From Minisyncoccota bacterium (GTDB taxonomy: Bacteria; Patescibacteriota; Minisyncoccia; UBA6257; JAAZHW01): DNA of 64,000 bases. The position numbers were made by a program, and so were the translations under genes. The notes below the pieces were generated by a model. The model ran no database searches. It was not told the origin of the DNA and was given only the letters and a program-made list of their open reading frames with translations. Shown here in pieces: positions 1 to 7,527 of this stretch; the stretch's first letter is position 1, and each line of letters opens with the position of its first letter. The DNA is taken from contig DAOSMC010000001.1 of the NCBI GenBank assembly GCA_035369485.1, forward strand, positions 2,283-66,282, in the 5' to 3' direction.

Positions 1-67
1 ATAATTATAGAGCTTGCTATTTAGAGAGTTTGTGATTTGTAGAGATAATGATGGTAAAAAGAATTTT

Positions 68-101
68 ATGGGGCTGTTATGCTTTAGCATAACAGCCCCA
101 T
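68..101. repeat. Palindrome family B copy 1 (ATGGGGCTGTTATGCT-TT-AGCATAACAGCCCCAT)
   Basis: Perfect 16-bp inverted arms read directly; core shared with copies at 207 and 360. Confidence 0.9.
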
Positions 102-206
102 CTCCAACTAAATTTGTTTGATTTATAATTTGCTATATTTGACTGTTAATTTGTAATTTGCTAATTAATACAGCACGGTAGTAAAACTAAGAACTAAATA
201 ATTTTA

Positions 207-236
207 GTTGGTGTTATGCTATAGCACAACACCAAC
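207..236. repeat. Palindrome family B copy 2 (GTTGGTGTTATGCTA/TAGCACAACACCAAC)
   Basis: 15-bp arms with one mismatch. Confidence 0.85.
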
Positions 237-359
237 CACTACCGTAATTTATCAAAAAACAGTAAAATTATTTAATTATTATTTGTTTATGCTTATTTGG
301 TAGGTTGTTTTGGGGTTGTTGGTCGCTTAGTCTGGCGGGAGAAGAACTATGTTGGTTCT

Positions 360-403
360 GCCGAGGCTCGCTGTTATGCTATAGCATAACAGCGAGCCTC
401 GGC
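360..403. repeat. Palindrome family B copy 3 (GCCGAGGCTCGCTGTTATGCTA/TAGCATAACAGCGAGCCTCGGC)
   Basis: Perfect 22-bp arms, no loop. Confidence 0.9.
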
Positions 404-714
404 CTCGGCAGAGAAAACAGAAGGAAGCGAGAGTAAACAACTCAACTTGAGTGACATCGGATTTACTATAAGGATTTAATTTGCTATTTGGGTAACAATG
501 AAAAAAGAAGAAAAGGGCTATGAACAAGATGAAAAAATGAGACAAAGATAAAAAGAGAAGAAAATAAATTATAGATAAGATATAAAAAAACAAAAAACGG
601 GAATCTAAGACAAAAAGCAACTTAATAAAAAACCATCTTGATTAAGCGACAGCTTTCAAATTTGGAAAATAACCTCTATTAGATTTTCAACGAAAGAAGT
701 GCTATAATTGGATT

Positions 715-2190
715 ATGCATAAAAATATTAGACGGCGAATTTTTATTTTGGCTAGTTGCATTTTTGTTTTGGCGGCTCTACTTTTAGTTCTTTATTCTTT
801 TGGTTATCGTTGGGACAAAGAAAAATTTCAGCCTGTTTTAACAGGAGGACTATATTTGAGGGTTAATACCGTTAAGCCACAAATTTATTTAGATGGGAAA
901 TTTCTTTCCAAAGCCACGCCGGGATTATTAAGCAGTGGCATTTTTTTGCCTAATTTATTGCCTGATACATATCAGCTAGAAATTAAAAAAGATAATTATT
1001 TTGAGTGGGAAAAGAAAGTGGATATCAAATCGCAGCAAGTAACGAGCTTTTCTTCCATTGTGCTTTTGCCTAAAACTCCACTGGTAACTGATATTTATAA
1101 AATAACCGTAGATAATGCCACTAATACCAAAACAAAATTTCAAGAGGAGATTATTGATTTTTTGCCTTTGGCCAATGGAAAAGAAATTATTATTCAAACA
1201 AAAGAAGTTAGCACAAGTACTAATGCTGTTTTAAAAATTTACAATTTTATTGATGGTTCCAGTGTGGAAATTTATAGACAGAAATTAGCAAAAAACGAAA
1301 CACTCAATTTAATTCCCCGTTTAAAAATCAACGACGATGAAGCTAATGAAGTGATTTTTGATCTAACCAAAAATAATATCCAAATCTTTTATTTATGGCA
1401 GAGGATTGAGCCAGAGAGAATCCAGAGTTTATCACAACAAATTACAACGACATTTAAACTGAAAAATCCGATTCAGAAAATTGAGTTCTATCCAAACATT
1501 GAGGGCAAATACATTGTTTTAAGCGGTAAGGATTTGATGGTTGTTGATTTTACCAAGAATGAAACAAAAAAAATTATTAGTGATATAGTTGATTTTCAAT
1601 CTAAAGACTATGTGCTTTTTTGGCTTGAGCAAAGCGGAGCAATATTTAGCTATAATTTGATTCTTGGCTTTTCTACTCCTTTGGGTATTATTGAATTACC
1701 GGATAAATTTAGCGTGACGAGAATGGAAATTGCGCCTAATAGTCAATGCTTTGCTCTTTTATTAGATAATAATGAGTGGTATTTTTTTAGAGCCGGCCAA
1801 TCAATGGAAAAAATAAATGATGTTGTAAAATTTGTTTTTGCACCTGATAGTAAAAAAGTTGTTTATTTAACCAAGACGGGAGATGTACGAATGAGATTTT
1901 TAAGCGATATTGCGGGCGATGTAATAAGAAAGAAGGGGGATGAAGTTTTGATTAGAGCTAATGTTTCTTCAAGCGCTGATTTGGAATGGTATGCCGATAG
2001 TCAGCATTTGATTGTAGCAGAGGGGAAAATAATTTATTTTTCCGAGATAGACGATCGAGATCAAATTAATACTTTTATTCAAGAGTTTGAGTTTGATCAT
2101 TATTTATTAACAAATAAGAAGAGCGGTACGGTGTGGGGTATGCGGCCGGATTTAATTCAGAAAATTGACTTAGTGTATCAAAAGGTTTAA
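715..2190 (+). CDS. PEGA domain-containing membrane-anchored protein
   Basis: N-terminal TM helix followed by GYR..TGGLY and LLPDTYQLEIKKDNYFEW PEGA-like motif; beta-propeller-like C-terminus. Confidence 0.75.
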   Translation: MHKNIRRRIFILASCIFVLAALLLVLYSFGYRWDKEKFQPVLTGGLYLRVNTVKPQIYLDGKFLSKATPGLLSSGIFLPNLLPDTYQLEIKKDNYFEWEKKVDIKSQQVTSFSSIVLLPKTPLVTDIYKITVDNATNTKTKFQEEIIDFLPLANGKEIIIQTKEVSTSTNAVLKIYNFIDGSSVEIYRQKLAKNETLNLIPRLKINDDEANEVIFDLTKNNIQIFYLWQRIEPERIQSLSQQITTTFKLKNPIQKIEFYPNIEGKYIVLSGKDLMVVDFTKNETKKIISDIVDFQSKDYVLFWLEQSGAIFSYNLILGFSTPLGIIELPDKFSVTRMEIAPNSQCFALLLDNNEWYFFRAGQSMEKINDVVKFVFAPDSKKVVYLTKTGDVRMRFLSDIAGDVIRKKGDEVLIRANVSSSADLEWYADSQHLIVAEGKIIYFSEIDDRDQINTFIQEFEFDHYLLTNKKSGTVWGMRPDLIQKIDLVYQKV

Positions 2191-2238
2191 AGAATTGAGG
2201 AAGTTGTGAGGCAAGCGAGTAAACAAAATGATGGAAAG

Positions 2239-2285
2239 GAAAGTGGCGGCGGAAAATTTCTTTGAAATTTTCCGCCGCCACTTTC
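2239..2285. repeat. Palindrome family A copy 1
   Basis: GAAAGTGGCGGCGGAAAATTTC-TTT-GAAATTTTCCGCCGCCACTTTC, perfect 22-bp arms. Confidence 0.95.
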
Positions 2286-2475
2286 ATTGTTTAAAATACG
2301 GGTAAAAAATTATCTGAATGATTGACGCAGTTAGAAGAGATCTTTTCTGGCTATCTTTATGAGAACAACAAAAATGAAAAATTTAATGTATAAAACCTCG
2401 ATTTTTTTATTTGCTTTTTGGTAATTATTTTGATACATTAAAAGAGATAGTTTAAATAATAAAAATCCAACTAAA

Positions 2476-4155
2476 ATGGCGGATCAAGATGAAGCAAAAA
2501 AACTGAGCCATATATTAGAAGGGACGAGAGAAGCGGCCGAAGAGCGAGAAGCTGAAAGGTTGGCTAAAAGTCTTAAATTCCAATATGCCAATCTGACAAA
2601 ATTTGCTTCTCAGACTCAGGCCCTTCAGTTAATTAACGAGGAAGAGGCGCGAGCAGCTTTATGCGCGCCATTTAATGTTCAACAAAAAAAGGTATTTTTA
2701 GCGTGTAAGAATCCAGCGCTTGACGCAACAAAAAACGTGATTGATAGTTTAAAGCAACGAGGATATGAAGTGGAGATATTTGTGGTTTCTTCTAAATCGT
2801 TGGAGACTTTGTGGAAAGGATATAAGTTTATTACCGGTCGGAAAAAAGAAATTACCGGTGGTTTGGAAATTGATGCTAATCGATTGGCGGAACTATCGAG
2901 CGAGATAAAAAATATTGCCATTTTGAAAGAAAAAATTGATAAATTTGATAGTCCTTATATTTCTCAAATCTTTGAAATTATTATTGCAGGCGCTTTAACA
3001 ATGGATGCTTCTGATGTTCATATTGAGCCAGAAGAAAGCGGCGTGAGGTTAAGATATCGATTAGATGGCGTTTTGCAAGATATTGTTGATTTGAATGAAC
3101 ATTATTATCGCTCAATTTTATCAAGAATTAAATTGCTGGGTGGGATGAAGATTAATATTCATACCGCGCCTCAAGATGGACGTTTTACAATTAAAACAAA
3201 AGATTTAGAAATTGAAGTGCGTGTTTCAATTATTCCGAGTGCGTATGGTGAAACTGTGGTCATGCGCTTGCTTGATCCACGGAGAATCCAATTAGATTTA
3301 AAAGAATTAGGGTTTCGCGAAGACGACTTAGTTATTATTGAAGAGCAAGTTGCTCGGCCTAATGGGTTGATTTTGAACACTGGACCAACTGGTTCAGGTA
3401 AAACCACTACCTTATATGCATTTTTGAGACGCATTTATCAACCAGGCATTAAAATTATCACCATTGAAGATCCAATAGAATATCATTTAGAAGGAATTAC
3501 TCAAACACAAGTTAATCCCACGAGAGATTATACTTTTGCTAATGGTTTGCGTTCTATTCTGAGACAAGATCCGGATGTAATTTTGGTGGGAGAAATTCGT
3601 GATAATGAAACAGCGGAAATTGCAATGCATGCCGCATTAACAGGTCATCTTGTATTATCAACGCTTCATACAAATGATGCGTGCGGTACTATCCCGCGGC
3701 TTTTAGACATGAAGGTGCAGCCAGCGATTTTGGCGCCAGCTTTAAATTTAGCCATTGCTCAACGATTGGTGAGAAAACTTTGTGTTCATTGTCGGGAAAA
3801 GGTAGAGGCTACAGCAGAGCAAGCTGAAAAAATTCGTAAAGTAATAGAACGGCTTCCGGATCGAGTTAAGAAACCAACACTCGGCAAACAAATTACTTTT
3901 TACAAATCGAAAGGTTGCGAACTTTGTAATGGTACGGGCTATAAAGGACGAATAGCGATTGCGGAATTATTAGTGGTTGATAGAGAAATCCAGGATTTAA
4001 TTAATCAAGGCGATCGTATGCCGACGGCGAATGAAATTAAGGATTTGGCAATTAAAAAGGGGATGACTACGATGGAAGATGATGCTATTTTGAAGATTTT
4101 AGATGGAATTACCAGCTTATCTGAGGCAGAAAATGTGTTGGGAAAGTTGTTATAA
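2476..4155 (+). CDS. GspE/PilB-family secretion/pilus assembly ATPase (stand-alone paralog)
   Basis: ASDVHIEP, Walker A GPTGSGKTT, EDPIE, RQDPDVILVGEIRD, TLHTN, two CxxC motifs. Confidence 0.92.
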   Translation: MADQDEAKKLSHILEGTREAAEEREAERLAKSLKFQYANLTKFASQTQALQLINEEEARAALCAPFNVQQKKVFLACKNPALDATKNVIDSLKQRGYEVEIFVVSSKSLETLWKGYKFITGRKKEITGGLEIDANRLAELSSEIKNIAILKEKIDKFDSPYISQIFEIIIAGALTMDASDVHIEPEESGVRLRYRLDGVLQDIVDLNEHYYRSILSRIKLLGGMKINIHTAPQDGRFTIKTKDLEIEVRVSIIPSAYGETVVMRLLDPRRIQLDLKELGFREDDLVIIEEQVARPNGLILNTGPTGSGKTTTLYAFLRRIYQPGIKIITIEDPIEYHLEGITQTQVNPTRDYTFANGLRSILRQDPDVILVGEIRDNETAEIAMHAALTGHLVLSTLHTNDACGTIPRLLDMKVQPAILAPALNLAIAQRLVRKLCVHCREKVEATAEQAEKIRKVIERLPDRVKKPTLGKQITFYKSKGCELCNGTGYKGRIAIAELLVVDREIQDLINQGDRMPTANEIKDLAIKKGMTTMEDDAILKILDGITSLSEAENVLGKLL

Positions 4156-4179
4156 AATTCAAATTGTGTAATGTATAAT

Positions 4180-4228
4180 TGAAAAAGCGGCGGAAATTTT
4201 CTTTAAGAAAATTTCCGCCGCTTTTTCA
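4180..4228. repeat. Palindrome family A copy 2
   Basis: TGAAAAAGCGGCGGAAATTTTCTT-T-AAGAAAATTTCCGCCGCTTTTTCA, 24-bp arms. Confidence 0.95.
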
Positions 4229-4240
4229 TCCGTCATCAAA

Positions 4241-4270
4241 ATTATTTCATGAATTAATTCATGAAATAAT
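4241..4270. repeat. Perfect 30-bp AT-rich palindrome
   Basis: ATTATTTCATGAATT/AATTCATGAAATAAT. Confidence 0.8.
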
Positions 4271-4512
4271 AAACAATGAAAATGCTAATTTAGTATCAAT
4301 TCTTTTATTTTTTAAAAAAATTAAAATAGTGCATTGGTTTTGAAATTCAAGTTTTATTTTTGTCATTCGGAATGAAAGAAGTAGTTTTTAAAATTTGAAG
4401 TGATATAATATTTTTACTTGCGTTTAAAAAAAGCAGATTTATCTTGTTGTCAAAAAAATGAAGTTCAAATAATCGTGTCAGCTGTTTCTGTGTTTTTTAA
4501 GTTTTGTTTTAA

Positions 4513-4741
4513 TAAAAAACAGCCCCTTCAACCCGGAGGCAATTTAATCTCGCAAAAAAGATGCGAGCTCAAGAATTTTTTAAGGCCTACCCGCTGACAG
4601 GCGAGTATGATAACCCAGTCGGAACCAGGTTACCCTTAAATAAATTCCCTATAGGCTTTAATTGGGTTGAAATAACGCCAATTGCCCCCAGGTTGAAAAG
4701 GCTGTTTCGGGTAACTATTTTTAAGAGAACAATAATCCTAT
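4513..4741 (-). ncRNA. ssrS: Structured non-coding RNA, probable 6S RNA
   Basis: About 28-bp closing stem (4517-4544 with 4680-4707) whose mismatches become G-U pairs only on the minus strand; central bubble; internal GCCUAU/GUAGGC stem and CUCGCCUG-UC-AGCGGGU motif resembling Firmicutes 6S RNA; ends in a U tract; consensus promoter upstream. Confidence 0.55.
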
Positions 4742-4747
4742 AATGAT

Positions 4748-4776
4748 ATTATAGCACACCTAAAGATAAAAGTCAA
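4748..4776 (-). promoter_or_regulatory. Sigma70 promoter for the minus-strand ncRNA
   Basis: TTGACT-17 bp-TATAAT with extended -10 TGn on the minus strand. Confidence 0.75.
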
Positions 4777-4996
4777 TAGTTTGACGGATATCGTAAAAAT
4801 GGTTAAATAACTAAAAATTAAAGAAGTAAAATGTATTATAGTGTTTAGTTATTTTAATGTCAAGAGGGGAGTTGGGGATAAGTTTAGCCCCCCAAAATTA
4901 TAAATTTTAGATTCTTCAATAAGGTAAATTACTGCTTTAATATTTTCCAAGCGTTATATTTATTATTAGAGTTGAAGATCAACTAATTTTTACACT

Positions 4997-5025
4997 TTGA
5001 CTTTTAAGATTTTGATTAATATAAT
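4997..5025 (+). promoter_or_regulatory. Sigma70 promoter of ruvB
   Basis: TTGACT-17 bp-TATAAT, 12 nt before the ATG. Confidence 0.7.
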
Positions 5026-5037
5026 AAAAGTATTACC

Positions 5038-6051
5038 ATGTCTAAGAATATTTTCAAATCGGATCCACTACTTGATAATGCCCTGCGACCAAAACGATGG
5101 GAAGATTTTATCGGTCAAGAAAAAGTGAAAAAAAATTTAAGAATTATGTTGGGAGCGGCGCAAAAAAGAGAAGAGGTAGTAGACCACCTGCTTTTTTATG
5201 GCGGAGCAGGGTTGGGAAAAACAACACTAGCTTATTTAATTGCAGAAGAGATTCATGCCAATTTGAAAATTACATCTGGTCCAGCAATTGAAAAAGCAGC
5301 AGATCTAGCATCACTTCTCGCTAATTTAGAAGAAGGAGATATATTATTTATTGATGAAATCCATCGTTTAAATAAAATGATTGAAGAAATTTTATATTCT
5401 GCTATGGAATCGCGGGTTTTGAATTTAGTTTTAGGCAAACGTTCTTCTACTCGCGCTGTTCAATTAGATTTGCCGCCTTTTACTTTAATTGGTGCCACAA
5501 CAAGAATTGGCTTACTCTCCAGCCCCTTACGTTCTCGTTTTGGAGCTATTTTCAAATTGGATTTTTATGATTTAGAAGATATAAAAAAGATTTTGCAAAA
5601 CAATGCTAGGTTGCTGGGTGTTAATATTTCGGAAGAGGCAATGGAAATTTTAGCTCGAGCCAGTCGAGCCACTCCGCGAGTTGCCAATCGTTTGCTCAAA
5701 CGAAGTCGCGATTTGGCGACAATCGAAGGTAAGAGCGAGATTGATGCTGCAATTAGCCGCAAAATTTTAGAGTTATTTGATATTGATGAGTGGGGATTAG
5801 AAGCAACAGATCGAAAGATTTTAGAGGTAATTGTTGATCGATTTAATGGAGGGCCAGTGGGCATTAAAGCTTTAGCTGCCGCGACCAATGAAGAAGAAGA
5901 TACGATTGAAGAAATTTATGAACCATATTTAATGCGATTGGGTCTTTTAGAGCGTACAACACGTGGCCGAATGGTGAGCGATGCCGGATATAAACATTTA
6001 AATCTTTATCATTTAGCACAGAAAGGCGAACAAAAGAAATTGATAGATTGA
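5038..6051 (+). CDS. ruvB: Holliday junction branch migration helicase RuvB
   Basis: LRPKRWEDFIGQ, GLGKTTLA, FIDEIHRL, TLIGATTR, PLRSRFG, YEPYL. Confidence 0.97.
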   Translation: MSKNIFKSDPLLDNALRPKRWEDFIGQEKVKKNLRIMLGAAQKREEVVDHLLFYGGAGLGKTTLAYLIAEEIHANLKITSGPAIEKAADLASLLANLEEGDILFIDEIHRLNKMIEEILYSAMESRVLNLVLGKRSSTRAVQLDLPPFTLIGATTRIGLLSSPLRSRFGAIFKLDFYDLEDIKKILQNNARLLGVNISEEAMEILARASRATPRVANRLLKRSRDLATIEGKSEIDAAISRKILELFDIDEWGLEATDRKILEVIVDRFNGGPVGIKALAAATNEEEDTIEEIYEPYLMRLGLLERTTRGRMVSDAGYKHLNLYHLAQKGEQKKLID

Positions 6052-6108
6052 TTATAATAAAATTCAAAAGTCCGCCGGGGACGAGTAAATTCTTTTAATT
6101 AAAGATGG

Positions 6109-6141
6109 CGGCGGAAAATTTTCGAAGAAAATTTTCCGCCG
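6109..6141. repeat. Palindrome family A copy 3
   Basis: CGGCGGAAAATTTTC-GAA-GAAAATTTTCCGCCG. Confidence 0.92.
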
Positions 6142-6182
6142 GCCGCAAATTCATTTCTCAAAACAACCAATCAAAGTTTTAT

Positions 6183-7520
6183 ATGTTTAAACATTATTTT
6201 TCTTTTCTTATAGTTGCCTTGAGCGTCTTGTTGTTTTTTCCTTTGGTTCAAGCACTGGCTGTGGGGCCGGTGATTATTAATGAAATAATGTATGATTTAC
6301 AAGGAACAGACACAGATCATGAGTGGGTAGAAATTAAAAATATTTCAGATCAAGCAGTTGATTTGAAAGATTGGCGTTTTTATGACGGGAGCAATCATTT
6401 ATTAAATGAACCTCCTCAAAATGGCGGGCAGGGCAGTTTAATTATTGCGCCTGGTGGTTATGCTGTTTTAGCTGACAAAGCAGATGTTTTTTTAGCTGAT
6501 CATCCGGGTTTTGGTGGGATCGTGATTGATACGGTGATGAGTTTGAATAATACTGAGGAAACCGTGCAACTTATTGATCAAAGCGGCAATAGTATTGAAA
6601 AAATAAACTATCAGAAGGAAATGGGTGGCAACGGCAATGGTTATTCGTTGGAGCGTACGGGTGATTTTTCGATGCAATTTTGTGAATCTAATCAATTAGG
6701 AGGTTCGCCCGGCCAAGCTAATAATTTTGATTGCAATAAATCCTCTTTTATGCCGACTCCTTCGTTGACAGCGATGAATACGCCTACGCTAATGATGGCA
6801 ACTGTTTCTCCTAGCGCTTCCCCCGAAACGATTTTAGAAGATACGATTATTGAAAGTGAAGATAATTTGTTGCGAACGACGCCCATTGCTTCTTCGCCAG
6901 TGATAAAAGTAAGCATTATTATTAATGAATTTTTACCTAATCCAACCGGTTCTGATACAGACAATGAGTGGATTGAATTATATAATAACAGCGATGTTAA
7001 AGTAGCGCTTACAGATTGGTGGATTGAAGATGCGAGCGGGCAGAAATATACTTTTAAAGATGAAGAAATAATGAGTCAGGGTTATTTAACCCTTCCTTAT
7101 TCCAAAACGAAAATTACTTTAAATAACAATGGTGAAACTTTGAGTTTATATTCACCTCGAGGAGAATTAGCTTTTAAAATTTCTTATTCGGGCAAAGCCA
7201 ACGAGGGTATGTCTTTTGCGCGAGCCGGCCAAAATGACTGGCGATGGACTTCAATTCTTACTCCTAATAAGCAGAATCAATTTTCAAGCGAATCATCGCA
7301 AAATACGGAATTAGCAATTCAACAGATGGATGAATCGGATGTTGCTGAAAATAATGCGCCTTCAACTGTTGATGCCGACTCTTCTTTAAAGCAGCAGACA
7401 GTAACGAGTTCGATATCAAACGCGTCAGATAAGATAATTATTGTTGCTATTGGATTGGGTTTAATATTAAGTGTAGTAGCAGCAATTTTTATTAAAAAGA
7501 TTTTACCGCCAGTTCATTGA
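6183..7520 (+). CDS. Secreted, C-terminally anchored protein with two lamin-tail domains
   Basis: Signal peptide from ATG 6183; two INEIM/INEFL...EWVEI/EWIEL repeats; S/T/P linker; C-terminal TM helix. The ORF-track start at 6105 runs through the palindrome. Confidence 0.8.
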   Translation: MFKHYFSFLIVALSVLLFFPLVQALAVGPVIINEIMYDLQGTDTDHEWVEIKNISDQAVDLKDWRFYDGSNHLLNEPPQNGGQGSLIIAPGGYAVLADKADVFLADHPGFGGIVIDTVMSLNNTEETVQLIDQSGNSIEKINYQKEMGGNGNGYSLERTGDFSMQFCESNQLGGSPGQANNFDCNKSSFMPTPSLTAMNTPTLMMATVSPSASPETILEDTIIESEDNLLRTTPIASSPVIKVSIIINEFLPNPTGSDTDNEWIELYNNSDVKVALTDWWIEDASGQKYTFKDEEIMSQGYLTLPYSKTKITLNNNGETLSLYSPRGELAFKISYSGKANEGMSFARAGQNDWRWTSILTPNKQNQFSSESSQNTELAIQQMDESDVAENNAPSTVDADSSLKQQTVTSSISNASDKIIIVAIGLGLILSVVAAIFIKKILPPVH

Positions 7521-7527
7521 TGAAATT

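Noticed and set aside
68-403. CRISPR array interpretation of the three family B repeats
   Set aside because: Spacing of ~140-160 bp is too long and uneven, repeat flanks differ, and no cas genes are present in the window
327-620. 97-aa minus-strand ORF
   Set aside because: F/L-rich translation of a purine-rich tract plus a palindrome; TTG start; no recognisable domain
2075-2287. ORFs or N-terminal extensions containing AAENF(K/R)..F (2075-2287, 6105 start, 10731 start, 10697 start)
   Set aside because: These are translations of the family A palindrome; better starts lie downstream (6183, 10626, 10796)
4561-4743. 60-aa plus-strand ORF
   Set aside because: Lies antisense to a structured RNA with a strong minus-strand promoter; no protein features
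4805-4854. AAATAACTAAA / TTTAGTTATTT inverted repeat
   Set aside because: 11 bp, almost all A/T, long spacer; expected by chance in this composition
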